A DNA stretch of 63,866 bases from a virus (IMGVR_UViG_3300010368_000012:1-63866); one strand, 5' to 3'; counted from the first letter of the stretch, positions 1 through 9,437 are shown. Notes: generated by a model not told the origin, from the sequence alone. A program made the numbers and translations.

Positions 1-123
1 CACTTCACTTGGACAGTCCCGCCCAGTTCTTCTGATAATTACACAGTTTACGTTGAAAATGACAGCGATGGCAATACAGTTCTCGATACCTTTACAGTTA
101 TAACCACAGGTTCTGGATTTTAA
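1..123 (+). CDS. 3' end of a gene entering the window (probable virion protein)
   Basis: Frame +1 is open from base 1 (HFTWTVPPSSSDNYTVYVENDSDGNTVLDTFTVITTGSGF) to TAA at 121-123; beta-rich, S/T-rich sequence. Confidence 0.55.
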   Translation, partial: HFTWTVPPSSSDNYTVYVENDSDGNTVLDTFTVITTGSGF

Positions 124-167
124 CTAATACTACTAAATATTAAACATTAAACTTTTGGAGAATTACT

Positions 168-629
168 ATGAATGAATTAAAATCAGTAGAATTTAACGTA
201 TTATCAATCAATGTTGATAAGGCTGTGGCAAGAGTTAAATTCACAAACCCTTATAAATTATCTGATGAGGATGAAATCAACATCGATCATGAACGTGATG
301 TTGCCATTCCATTAGTGGAAGGTGTTGCCGATGTTGATGCCTTTAATAGTATTTTGGATCAGTTAGCAAATGCTCAATCCAATAAAATGATGTTGTCATT
401 GGAAAAAAGTAAATTAAATAAATCAACGGCCTTTGCTGATCTGTTGAAAAAACACAAAGATGTCGAAATCAAAACAGATGCTGATGATATTCAAGCTTCA
501 CCTGATGAAGAAATGATGGAACCAGTAGATGTGTTGCCGGTAGAACCAGAACCTACTACAAAACTTGTCCCATCAAAAACCACACCACCAAAAAAGACAG
601 CTGTCAAGAATCCTAAGACATCAATTTGA
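168..629 (+). CDS. hypothetical late protein
   Basis: GGAG RBS; CTAAATA late-promoter-like motif at 133-139; 153-aa ORF. Confidence 0.75.
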   Translation: MNELKSVEFNVLSINVDKAVARVKFTNPYKLSDEDEINIDHERDVAIPLVEGVADVDAFNSILDQLANAQSNKMMLSLEKSKLNKSTAFADLLKKHKDVEIKTDADDIQASPDEEMMEPVDVLPVEPEPTTKLVPSKTTPPKKTAVKNPKTSI

Positions 630-1372
630 TGAAGACGGCAGTTAAATCGATGATCAGTGGACTTGCTAGAAGTATTGAAATTGAATTGTCTTCTAAGAAA
701 GTTGAAGTGAATAGAACATTTAATACTTCTGAAGTCATTGAATGGACAGTCACGACCGAAGACATGTGTGGTTGTGACATCACTCTTATTGATCATGGTC
801 ATAATCATTTTGGAATTGAATTGAAACCATTTGTTTATAACCAATGGGGTGATCCAGTATATTTTCCGAATAGGATGTATATTGATTCCGGCAATATGAT
901 TGAGGCATGGTTTAGACAGAACTTCATTTATGAAATATTTTATATAAAGAATTTCAGAACCATCACTCAGAATATTCCCAATGTTGCTAAGGACGTTGGG
1001 TTTGATGGTGTTTGTTTACCTTCTATGGTAAAGCATGGACAAGATGAACGTGGTATTGGTTTCATAGCAGAAACTATAGAATTCGAAGATATATTCAATG
1101 GTATCAAGAAGAAGATCAATGTAACTGTTAATGCCTTCCAAAGTAAAATTGTGATTTCATCTCAATGTGATGGACCTTGGGAAACTATATCCAAAGAAAA
1201 AGATGCAAAACGTGCACTCGCTAAATTCAAAAAAAGGATGCATCGATACATCGAACAATATAGTCCACAACCTAGATATTATCTAATGTTGTTGCAAAAC
1301 CCGAAGGCATTTGGTGAAAATGTTGAGGTTTTTCCGGTAATTCGCACTAAATTGAACGATGAATATAAATAA
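626..1372 (+). CDS. hypothetical protein
   Basis: 248-aa ORF overlapping the previous stop; ATG at 629 is the likely start. Confidence 0.75.
   Translation: MMKTAVKSMISGLARSIEIELSSKKVEVNRTFNTSEVIEWTVTTEDMCGCDITLIDHGHNHFGIELKPFVYNQWGDPVYFPNRMYIDSGNMIEAWFRQNFIYEIFYIKNFRTITQNIPNVAKDVGFDGVCLPSMVKHGQDERGIGFIAETIEFEDIFNGIKKKINVTVNAFQSKIVISSQCDGPWETISKEKDAKRALAKFKKRMHRYIEQYSPQPRYYLMLLQNPKAFGENVEVFPVIRTKLNDEYK
1364..1371 (+). promoter_or_regulatory. T4-type late promoter TATAAATA
   Basis: Exact T4 late consensus, 5 nt upstream of ATG 1377. Confidence 0.7.
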
Positions 1373-1376
1373 CACT

Positions 1377-1526
1377 ATGAATATACGGTCTTTACATGAC
1401 TGCTTAGCTGAAGTGGCCTCTGGTGGTGCAACCGCCGCAGGGTCTATTGCAGCTGTTACCACTCCGAAACGAGAGCGTTCCTCCGTTATCCGGCGTAGAA
1501 AAAGCACAAAACGTAAGACGGGATAG
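1377..1526 (+). CDS. small basic late protein carrying a copy of the major-capsid N-terminal motif (not in ORF track)
   Basis: MNIRSLHDCLAEVASGGATAAGSIAAVTTPKRERSSVIRRRKSTKRKTG*; directly after TATAAATA; E-x-ASGGATAAG-x-IAA also occurs in the major capsid protein. Confidence 0.75.
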   Translation: MNIRSLHDCLAEVASGGATAAGSIAAVTTPKRERSSVIRRRKSTKRKTG

Positions 1527-1563
1527 ATCATAGCAAATAAATACCAAACTATAGGAGATTATT

Positions 1564-2010
1564 ATGGTAGATTGGATTGATAACTATGTTGCTCTAGCAT
1601 TTCCCGGTAGCGTCGGTGGTGGCCCTGCTGTCGTTGATACAGTTGAACTAACTGTTACTGCTGCTGGTGATGCAACCGCAACAAACCCTGTAAAAGCTGC
1701 TGCTGATTTAGAAGCATACTTTGCAGAAGACGCTGCCGATCAGGCACGTCACAAACGTTTCTCTGACATTGTTGTATACTTTCAGCAATACGCACAGCCT
1801 ATTTCCATCACATCTGATGGCGACACAATCATCACACTCGGTTTCGAGCAAGGTGGAATGTGGGCTGACTCTACAGTCGGTGATCCGGGGTATGTCACTA
1901 AGACAAACCGTTCGAATGCTTATGAACTTGCACAGGCTTATCTTGCTGCTGACACCCACGGTGTTACTGCAATCTCTGTCAAGCTTAATGGCGTTACCCA
2001 AAGCTCGTAA
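1564..2010 (+). CDS. probable abundant virion structural protein
   Basis: AATAAATA at 1536-1543, strong AGGAG RBS, Ala/Thr/Gly-rich, followed by an intrinsic terminator. Confidence 0.65.
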   Translation: MVDWIDNYVALAFPGSVGGGPAVVDTVELTVTAAGDATATNPVKAAADLEAYFAEDAADQARHKRFSDIVVYFQQYAQPISITSDGDTIITLGFEQGGMWADSTVGDPGYVTKTNRSNAYELAQAYLAADTHGVTAISVKLNGVTQSS

Positions 2011-2031
2011 TCTTAATTGATTTAGAGAATG

Positions 2032-2066
2032 AAGAAGCCCGGTATGAGAGTACCGGGCTTCTTTTA
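2032..2066 (+). terminator. Rho-independent terminator
   Basis: AAGAAGCCCGGTA-tgagag-TACCGGGCTTCTT stem followed by T-run. Confidence 0.85.
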
Positions 2067-2087
2067 TACGTTATTAAAGTAATATAC

Positions 2088-2095
2088 TATAAATA
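2088..2095 (+). promoter_or_regulatory. T4-type late promoter TATAAATA
   Basis: Exact consensus 7 nt before ATG 2103. Confidence 0.7.
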
Positions 2096-2102
2096 GTAGA
2101 CT

Positions 2103-2690
2103 ATGATATATGAGATTGTACAAAAGGCGTGGGAAAGAATAGCTACAGAGCAGGTTGTTGAATTCAAACAGCGTGTTCCTAGTCTAATATCTTTAGACAC
2201 GATCAGTTTATCAAAAGAAGCTGAAGACGATAATCATTGTATTGTCGTTTTTAATGACATTGGTAAAGCAGTTCAAGACGCAACTGATATACCGCTTTTG
2301 AAAGCAACCATCAAAAAATGGTTACAACAAATAGCATTCGTTCGTATTCAACGTTCAGACAACACATCATTTATTATTGAATTATCAGATTTCCGTCCTC
2401 GCCGTGTCAGCGAAGCGGTTGTAAAAGTATTTGTTCGTAAGAATAATACATTAGTGCCAGCAATGAAATGTTTAGGTGGGCCTAAGAATGGCCAACGAAC
2501 AAAAGACGTTGCCACATGTATGGAACCACCATCTTTCGCACGACGCACTGCTAGAAAGATTTCTGCTAGAAAAAATAAAGCTTCTATCTCAAAGAAGCGA
2601 ACCAAGACCAAATTAACAAATATTATCGGAACCCGGCGTTTGAAAAAAGCAAACGACCGGTTAAAAAAAGCCCGTGGAGGAAAATTCTAA
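2103..2690 (+). CDS. late protein with very basic C-terminus (possible head/core DNA-binding protein)
   Basis: 195-aa ORF; K/R-rich tail; late promoter upstream. Confidence 0.65.
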   Translation: MIYEIVQKAWERIATEQVVEFKQRVPSLISLDTISLSKEAEDDNHCIVVFNDIGKAVQDATDIPLLKATIKKWLQQIAFVRIQRSDNTSFIIELSDFRPRRVSEAVVKVFVRKNNTLVPAMKCLGGPKNGQRTKDVATCMEPPSFARRTARKISARKNKASISKKRTKTKLTNIIGTRRLKKANDRLKKARGGKF

Positions 2691-3373
2691 TGACCGAGAA
2701 AGTTAGCCCGACGATGATGCAACTTCAATCACGTCAAAAAATGAAAGAAGGCCATAAGTCGTTGAAACGTCAGATCGCCGATATTACCGGTGAAAAAAGA
2801 TCAGCGTATCAAGTCATGACCGAAGCCATGGGCCATGTTTCACACAACACACCAATGTCTGAAATATTATCAGGCGCGGCACAAGATATGAGTACTCAAG
2901 CAGCACAAGATATGTTGTTCGGAAATAGTGCATCCAATCCAATTGCTGCATTAGCTGAACATCAATCACGTAACGCACCATATTCTGGTTCTGGTACTCA
3001 AGCTTATGTACATGGTGATTGGCAACTTCAAACCATTCTCAAAGAAACAGCAATCGGTAAAGAGATTGAACGCTATCGAGTTACACATGGTCCAACGGGT
3101 CAGAAGATTGAATACACATTCCGTCATCCGAAGGTTGCCCAATTGGTTGCCGCAGCACTAAACGAAAGCAATAATACTAATGATCCAAGGGTTGGACGCA
3201 TTCTTGATTATTGTCGTAAAGAAGAATCAATCATGTTGGAAGCCAAGCAAATGGTGAAGCATTTTAAAGGTCTTGACCCGGCCAATACTAAGCGTCGTGG
3301 CATCCTTAGAACACAGATTGAAGAGAAGAAATTAATGCTTGAAGGTGTTCGCGCCAAGTTAGGCATTCTTTAA
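2690..3373 (+). CDS. hypothetical late protein
   Basis: 227-aa ORF; TAATG coupling; GGAGG RBS. Confidence 0.75.
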   Translation: MTEKVSPTMMQLQSRQKMKEGHKSLKRQIADITGEKRSAYQVMTEAMGHVSHNTPMSEILSGAAQDMSTQAAQDMLFGNSASNPIAALAEHQSRNAPYSGSGTQAYVHGDWQLQTILKETAIGKEIERYRVTHGPTGQKIEYTFRHPKVAQLVAAALNESNNTNDPRVGRILDYCRKEESIMLEAKQMVKHFKGLDPANTKRRGILRTQIEEKKLMLEGVRAKLGIL

Positions 3374-3395
3374 GGTCACGGTTATCTAGTATTGT

Positions 3396-3403
3396 TATAA
3401 ATA
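3396..3403 (+). promoter_or_regulatory. T4-type late promoter TATAAATA
   Basis: Exact consensus in the intergenic gap upstream of GGAG RBS and ATG 3429. Confidence 0.7.
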
Positions 3404-3428
3404 CTATTAAGTATATGGAGCAGTTTGC

Positions 3429-4580
3429 ATGTTTTTTAACGCGGTCATTCAACAAGAACCCTTAGAGCGGTATCGTATTCTAGAAACAAAACTAGAAGCG
3501 ATGGGCCGTAATATCAATAAATTTAGAACAAAGTCCACACCGATTCTAAAAGAAACAATCAGTGTATTGGAAAATCGTATCGCCAATAAACGATTCGACA
3601 CCGGCTTCATGGATTTCATGGAAGACGATTCATACGTTAAAGATATCTATACACGTGATGCTCTTTCATGTTTGCTGGAATTTAAATCAGGTCGGGATAG
3701 TTCAGTCGTTCTTATTCCGGGTATGACTTATTATTTCGCGATTTGTGAAGGCACACCGAAACGTGTTGTTGGTAAGAGATGCTTTTATATATCTGAATCC
3801 AAAGCATATTGGGCACCAGTCAATGAAGATGTTCGTGTCCTGAAGGCAATGGAAGTTATGCAATGGGGCAATGATGACCAATTTAGAAAAGTGTATTTCG
3901 AATTGGCTGATGGTCGATTGTTTGAATCCACTACCGAACTGATGTTGGAACATATTACTGAGTCTAGTAATAAAGCCTTGAACCAAATTGCCGCATATTG
4001 CGACACAATTTGGGAAGGTGCATGGCCTTGGAGTGTCACCGCACCAATGAAACTTAAAACCGCTATTAAGGAGAATACCACTATGACTAAAAGAAATGTT
4101 CAAGAGTTCCGTAAAGAATTTACATCTTTGGTCCGTAAACTGAATGAAGGTGAAATCGAACGATCCGCTGTTATTACTAAAATGCAAGGCTATATTGAAG
4201 ACATCGATAACATGTTGGAAAAACTTGGTCGTGTTGCTGGTAATCTTCTAACTGACGTTAGAGAAACAGTTCGTACCGAATTCGGTGATACTGCTGCAAC
4301 CGATATTGAAGACTTGGTTCAACAGCACATCAAGGCCGCTGCTGATGAATTAGCAAAACTCAAAACATCATGGACCGAAAAACTAGAGACACTTCTTAAC
4401 GGTGGCCAAGGTGATCAAGAACCAGATGAATTCGATGCTGATCCCGAAGCCGGTATGGGTGATGATATGGGTGATGAAGGTGAATTCGATGATCCTGAAA
4501 TGATGGGTGACGAAGACCTTATGGGTGATCCCGATCTAGGTGACGATATGGATGATGAAGACGAGCGAGACAAAAAATAA
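3429..4580 (+). CDS. hypothetical late protein with helical and acidic C-terminus (possible prohead core component)
   Basis: 383-aa ORF; D/E/M/G-rich tail; several [IL]-x-E motifs. Confidence 0.65.
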   Translation: MFFNAVIQQEPLERYRILETKLEAMGRNINKFRTKSTPILKETISVLENRIANKRFDTGFMDFMEDDSYVKDIYTRDALSCLLEFKSGRDSSVVLIPGMTYYFAICEGTPKRVVGKRCFYISESKAYWAPVNEDVRVLKAMEVMQWGNDDQFRKVYFELADGRLFESTTELMLEHITESSNKALNQIAAYCDTIWEGAWPWSVTAPMKLKTAIKENTTMTKRNVQEFRKEFTSLVRKLNEGEIERSAVITKMQGYIEDIDNMLEKLGRVAGNLLTDVRETVRTEFGDTAATDIEDLVQQHIKAAADELAKLKTSWTEKLETLLNGGQGDQEPDEFDADPEAGMGDDMGDEGEFDDPEMMGDEDLMGDPDLGDDMDDEDERDKK

Positions 4581-4927
4581 TGTCAGGTTTTTATACAGCA
4601 GCTGAAGCCGCAAAGATTTCAAATAATAGAACATCCGTAAATCTTGAAATCAACAAGATTGAAGAAGCTGTTATGACCGCTGCTGCCGCTGGCGCTCGTG
4701 AAATCATCGTTGGTCCTTCTTCATCACCACCAATCGTTTCCGGCTTCACCGCATCGGCAGTTCATTATAATGCATATGCTGACCCGCTTAATAACCAAAC
4801 GGATGCCCATCTTGTGGCCAGAGCACAAATGAATGAAGTCATTGGTCATTTTCAGCAGATGAATTATACAGTCAGACGATCACAGTATCAAAGCACTGAG
4901 ACTTTCAACTGGACGATTAAGTGGTAA
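4580..4927 (+). CDS. hypothetical (probable virion) protein
   Basis: 115-aa ORF; TAATG coupling within the late operon. Confidence 0.7.
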   Translation: MSGFYTAAEAAKISNNRTSVNLEINKIEEAVMTAAAAGAREIIVGPSSSPPIVSGFTASAVHYNAYADPLNNQTDAHLVARAQMNEVIGHFQQMNYTVRRSQYQSTETFNWTIKW

Positions 4928-4928
4928 T

Positions 4929-5426
4929 ATGAAACTTCAACAATTATTCGATGATGATGGCCGTTTAGAAACTAGAACCGTTGATGATCCAGACCAAGGA
5001 TCAATGGCAACCGGTGATGACTTTCCGTCGAATGGTGAAGAAAATCCAGATGGTGAAGAAAATCCTAACGGTGATTCCTTTCAAGATGGTTTCGATGATG
5101 GAACCGAAGAGAATCAACCAGATTTCGGTGATGTCGAAGAACCAGATGCACCGGTTGTAGATGATCAACTGTGGTCACAGGTGTCATCAAATGATTACGT
5201 TACTGACTTTGAACACTCCGCAAACCAATCTATTCACCCTCGTGTCATCGCCGCACTCGATGCACCTAACTTGAAGAAGCTTCAAGGTCGCATAGAAGAT
5301 ATGATATCAAGACACGAAATGGATAAAGGAAAAGTTGGGTTATACAATGACACAACATATAAATACTTGACTTCCTTACAAAGTTTCGTTTTGCAGGTTC
5401 TGGAAACAAAAACAGAAAAATCATAA
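4929..5426 (+). CDS. acidic late protein with MKLQQLF N-terminus
   Basis: 165-aa ORF; N-terminus resembles the MKL/MRL leaders in the 37.6-46 kb cluster. Confidence 0.7.
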   Translation: MKLQQLFDDDGRLETRTVDDPDQGSMATGDDFPSNGEENPDGEENPNGDSFQDGFDDGTEENQPDFGDVEEPDAPVVDDQLWSQVSSNDYVTDFEHSANQSIHPRVIAALDAPNLKKLQGRIEDMISRHEMDKGKVGLYNDTTYKYLTSLQSFVLQVLETKTEKS

Positions 5427-5495
5427 AAACCCGTTGTCATCTGAGTGAGATTGTCATATCTACCATTTGTAACGATTGATTAAAGAGGTTTCCCT

Positions 5496-6647
5496 ATGGG
5501 TCGAACTACAGAAGAAGCAACCGGCATTGATCCTAAAAATGCGTCCATGTGGGCGGTTGCTGGTGATGCATATTTTCCTTGTGAAAAAACAGACGAAAAA
5601 CTTCCACCCGGTCAATATACCATTGAATTTTCTCAACAACGCGGTATCTATTTTAAGAAGACCCGCGTCGTTCTGGATGGTCTTATTGAATTACCAGATG
5701 CTGATTCTGATAAAGTTATTAAACATATCGAACACTTCTGGAAACGTGGTCCCGTATATAAAGAAATGAACGTGCTCCATAAACGTGGTGTTCTTCTTTG
5801 GGGTCCACCGGGTTCTGGTAAAACTACCACTGTTCAGCAATTATCAAAAAGCATCATCGAACAGGGTGGTATTTCCGTATACGTTAAAGACCCGGAACTA
5901 TCAGCACAGGGTCTTGATATTCTTCGTAAAATCGAAGCAACACGGCCTATCGTTGTTATGATGGAAGATATCGATGCAATGACAGGCGGTCGTCACGATT
6001 CAGAAAGCCAACTATTGGCATTACTGGATGGTGAGATGCAGATTGAAAATGTTGTATTCGTTGCAACAACCAATTATCCCGAACGCCTTGATAAACGTTT
6101 GGCAAACCGTCCATCACGTTTTGATGTGGTTCATAAAATCGATATGCCATCGGCAGCAGCACGTCGCACTTATTTGAAAGCTCGTGCACCTTCCAAGCTT
6201 ATTGATAAAGAATACCCATCTGATACTGGTGCTGAAAAAGCAAAACGTACCGTGACTGATATTGAGAACTTGGACAAAAAACTGATCACAGTTAATGGCC
6301 AACTTACCAAACATCAAGACGATTTGGAATCATTGAAAACCAATGAACCAGTTGATGCAGTTGCGATTGCTAGAATTGAAGCCCGGATAAAACAGGGTGA
6401 AAAAGAAGCAAAGACAATTCAAAGTAAACTCGATGAATTGGATGAAGCACTTAATGTAGTTCAGGAGAATAAAATCTACCTTGATTACATTGTTGAAGAA
6501 ACCAAGGGCTTCTCTATTGCTCACCTTAAGGAATTGATCTTGTCTCTACATGTATATGAGATTGATTTCAAAACTGCACATAGACGTTTGTCCAAAATGC
6601 AAAGCACGGATATTTCTTCAACATCCGCAGCGGAAACCAATATCTAA
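5496..6647 (+). CDS. classical AAA+ ATPase with coiled-coil insertion
   Basis: Walker A GPPGSGKT, Walker B VMMEDID, SRH ATTNYPERLDKRLANRPSRFD; GAGG RBS. Confidence 0.9.
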   Translation: MGRTTEEATGIDPKNASMWAVAGDAYFPCEKTDEKLPPGQYTIEFSQQRGIYFKKTRVVLDGLIELPDADSDKVIKHIEHFWKRGPVYKEMNVLHKRGVLLWGPPGSGKTTTVQQLSKSIIEQGGISVYVKDPELSAQGLDILRKIEATRPIVVMMEDIDAMTGGRHDSESQLLALLDGEMQIENVVFVATTNYPERLDKRLANRPSRFDVVHKIDMPSAAARRTYLKARAPSKLIDKEYPSDTGAEKAKRTVTDIENLDKKLITVNGQLTKHQDDLESLKTNEPVDAVAIARIEARIKQGEKEAKTIQSKLDELDEALNVVQENKIYLDYIVEETKGFSIAHLKELILSLHVYEIDFKTAHRRLSKMQSTDISSTSAAETNI

Positions 6648-6661
6648 TAAACGTCACATCG

Positions 6662-6689
6662 TTGACATAGAGAAGACCGGTGCTATAAT
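6662..6689 (+). promoter_or_regulatory. sigma70-type early promoter
   Basis: TTGACA-16-TATAAT with extended -10 TGc. Confidence 0.75.
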
Positions 6690-6704
6690 GGCATCGGTCT
6701 TTTT
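6673..6704 (+). terminator. Rho-independent terminator overlapping the promoter
   Basis: AAGACCGGTGC-tataatg-GCATCGGTCTT plus T-run, after the AAA gene. Confidence 0.7.
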
Positions 6705-6715
6705 GTGGTGATATT

Positions 6716-7027
6716 ATGAACAATCCATATGATGAACAAACATCTATAGAGCGGTTTAAACAAATACGTAAGAGATTAGATTACATAGATCGTGATGTGC
6801 ATCATGATAATAGATACCTGTATGTTAATTTACTCCACACAGAGAGAATGAATAAAACCATGGGATGGCAACCGCGAGCGCCAAAACCAGTTAAGGTCGA
6901 ACCAGTGGTGCCTGAATTATCACCAGAAGACCAAATGACAAAAAATATTAACTCACTGCGTGTTGTGAGAATCGGTGGTTTCGTTTCGGCAGTGATTTAT
7001 ACTATAATGGTTATATTGATCTTATAG
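6716..7027 (+). CDS. hypothetical protein with C-terminal transmembrane helix
   Basis: 103-aa ORF; hydrophobic C-terminus. Confidence 0.65.
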   Translation: MNNPYDEQTSIERFKQIRKRLDYIDRDVHHDNRYLYVNLLHTERMNKTMGWQPRAPKPVKVEPVVPELSPEDQMTKNINSLRVVRIGGFVSAVIYTIMVILIL

Positions 7028-7036
7028 GAGAAAGTC

Positions 7037-7228
7037 ATGTCTCAAACACGCGTCGAAGAATCATTGACAGCTTTTAAAACAAAAACCACGGGTCTTACTG
7101 TTGAGGAACGTGATGCGGCAGTAGTTGATGAAGTTTGTCGAATGACATCTAGTCAATTGTCGGCAGCTTATATTTATATTACAGGGTTGACAGAAGACGG
7201 AAGACGTAATATCATAAAACTTCTTTAG
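7037..7228 (+). CDS. hypothetical protein
   Basis: 63-aa ORF with AGGAG RBS. Confidence 0.7.
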   Translation: MSQTRVEESLTAFKTKTTGLTVEERDAAVVDEVCRMTSSQLSAAYIYITGLTEDGRRNIIKLL

Positions 7229-7255
7229 AGCTAACTTTAACCGGGTCACAATCTT

Positions 7256-8011
7256 ATGCCTAAAAGTATGGATGATAGTACCGTAAAACTTCCGGCTATT
7301 ATGGCTAAGAGTGGGTTTCGTGAAGGTCTAGTGGCCGCTGGTATCATTGGTGCTCCAATTGCTGCCATCGGTTTGATCTTACCACCACCATTCAGTTTCG
7401 TGTTCTTGGGTGGCGGTGCCCTCATTGGTGTCGGTCTGGGTGTCGTATCGAGCATGAAGATCGAGAAAGCCAAGAACGAATGGCGTGTTGCTAATGGATT
7501 GATCACTCATCCCGACACAGTAGACGCCACAGTGGTGGAAACAGCTCCACGGGTGCCAATGCACACGCGGGCTATAATGAACGCTACAGAGGCTGTGACG
7601 GCGCTAAGTGGTTTGAAGTATGATAATACGAGTGTGGGTCCACATGTCCGTAAGATCAATTCTCTTCTTACCAGCATGATTGAAGATGTTACCGATAATC
7701 ATATTGAAGATATGACGGTGATGGATTTCATGTTGACGCAAATCCCACAATATAAAACAGCGGTTCAAAGCTATATCAAACTACGGGTTCGTATTCTTCG
7801 TACCGAGACAGAAACCCGTCATGCCGAAATCACGAATCTGGACAACAAAATAATTCGGTTTCTTGAAAAGGTTGAGATTCATGTTGATTCGATTAAGTCA
7901 CAAGCCATTGAACAAGATGAAAAGAAATTATCTATTGACTTAGTTGTTATGGACCGTATGATAGATACAGTAGCCACCGGTATCAGACAACGCGTGAGAA
8001 ACGAGCAATGA
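7256..8011 (+). CDS. XpaC-like membrane-anchored helical protein
   Basis: Two N-terminal TM helices, helical C-domain ending LSIDLVVMD; immediately upstream of TelA as in bacterial xpaC-yaaN operons. Confidence 0.55.
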   Translation: MPKSMDDSTVKLPAIMAKSGFREGLVAAGIIGAPIAAIGLILPPPFSFVFLGGGALIGVGLGVVSSMKIEKAKNEWRVANGLITHPDTVDATVVETAPRVPMHTRAIMNATEAVTALSGLKYDNTSVGPHVRKINSLLTSMIEDVTDNHIEDMTVMDFMLTQIPQYKTAVQSYIKLRVRILRTETETRHAEITNLDNKIIRFLEKVEIHVDSIKSQAIEQDEKKLSIDLVVMDRMIDTVATGIRQRVRNEQ

Positions 8012-9405
8012 GTTCGAAATTTAAAATTAAAGCTAAAAAGAATGTTGGTGGGTTTTATAGTAAAAATCATCCACCGCAACCCGAATCTCACGAAGATACA
8101 ATCGCACAAGAAACCCAACACTTGGAAAACATTATGCAAAATCATCAAATTCCAGATACAGCACGTGGCGTTGTTGCTATCAAGGTTCCACAAAATCCAA
8201 GTGCATTGATGAGTCATCAGCTAAACGAGGATGACAAAACCACGGTAGCTAAATTGCGATCTACCTTTGATGCAACAGACATCACGGGTGTCATGGGCTT
8301 TGGTACGAATGCACAACAACGCATTGGTGCCGTTGCTGACCGTTTGCTTTCTGGTGTGAAGTCACGTGATCTTACCTTGATCAAGGATGATCTGACACAA
8401 TTGGTTCAGACGGCCCAAGGTTATGATATCGATGATACTCGTAATTGGTTTGAACGATGGGTTGTTCGCAAACCACTCGACACTATGAAGAATTTTGTTG
8501 ATAGCTTCGGTGATGTTGAAGATCAAATCAATACCGTTGCTGGCAAACTTATGGAACACCGAACCGCTTTGATGGTTTCATCGGAAAGTTTGGATGATCT
8601 GTATACAACCACGCTTACGCTTTATAAAGAATTCTACTTGCTCATTGTTGCGCTTGAAGAAGAAATCGAAGTAAAGCAAACTGAAATTGATACTCTTACT
8701 GAAGAGATGAAAGAACATCCTGACGATCCCGGTTATCCACATATGTTGGAAAGCCTTGCACGTCAACGTGATGCAATGGAACGCCAGAAAGAAACCTTGC
8801 ATCAGACGCAGACCTTGGCGGCTCAAGATTTGCCAACGCTTGCCAACATGAAGGATGTTGATCTTCAGTTGATGAATAAAATCCAACAGGCGATCACACA
8901 TATGATCCCTCTTTGGAAAAAGAAGTTGGCTATGATTGTTGAAGCATCTAAATCACAAGATGCTATCTCGGTTATGGATGTTGTTTCTGGATTTACTGAT
9001 ACACTCATCACTGAGGGTGCTGTTAAAATCCGTGACATGACCAAGCAAGGTCGTGACCATGTTGAAAAGGCACTGACTTCACAAGAAGCATTGAAGAAGG
9101 TGAACGAGATTATTGTTCAAATGACCATGGATACATTGGCCACCACGGAAGATAATCGTAAGCGACGTGCCACAGCTAGCGTTGAAATGAATGATATGCA
9201 GCTGAAGCTTACTCAGACCATCATGGATGCTCGTAACCGTGCAATCCGGGGCGAACTAACTAATAGTGCCAATCGCCTCGCCTTGGGTGATAAGCGGGCA
9301 CAGAAGGCTAATGTTGAGGGCTTCCTGACGGCTAAACCTGCTGGTCCGGTATCAGAACCGGTTAATGAAGCAGATCGCAATTATAGTATGTCACCGTCTG
9401 CATAG
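8008..9405 (+). CDS. telA: TelA/KlaA (YaaN) toxic anion resistance family protein
   Basis: FGTNAQQRIGAVADRLLSGVKSRDL, VEDQINTVAGKL and MIPLWK motifs typical of TelA; coiled-coil. Confidence 0.75.
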   Translation: MSSKFKIKAKKNVGGFYSKNHPPQPESHEDTIAQETQHLENIMQNHQIPDTARGVVAIKVPQNPSALMSHQLNEDDKTTVAKLRSTFDATDITGVMGFGTNAQQRIGAVADRLLSGVKSRDLTLIKDDLTQLVQTAQGYDIDDTRNWFERWVVRKPLDTMKNFVDSFGDVEDQINTVAGKLMEHRTALMVSSESLDDLYTTTLTLYKEFYLLIVALEEEIEVKQTEIDTLTEEMKEHPDDPGYPHMLESLARQRDAMERQKETLHQTQTLAAQDLPTLANMKDVDLQLMNKIQQAITHMIPLWKKKLAMIVEASKSQDAISVMDVVSGFTDTLITEGAVKIRDMTKQGRDHVEKALTSQEALKKVNEIIVQMTMDTLATTEDNRKRRATASVEMNDMQLKLTQTIMDARNRAIRGELTNSANRLALGDKRAQKANVEGFLTAKPAGPVSEPVNEADRNYSMSPSA

Positions 9406-9437
9406 AAAAAGGGCCGGGGAAACGAATCCCCGGCCCA
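9405..9437 (-). terminator. Rho-independent terminator after the major capsid gene (possibly bidirectional)
   Basis: GGGCCGGGGA-aacgaa-TCCCCGGCCC stem; A-run on + strand gives a U-tract on - strand; lies between convergent genes. Confidence 0.85.
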
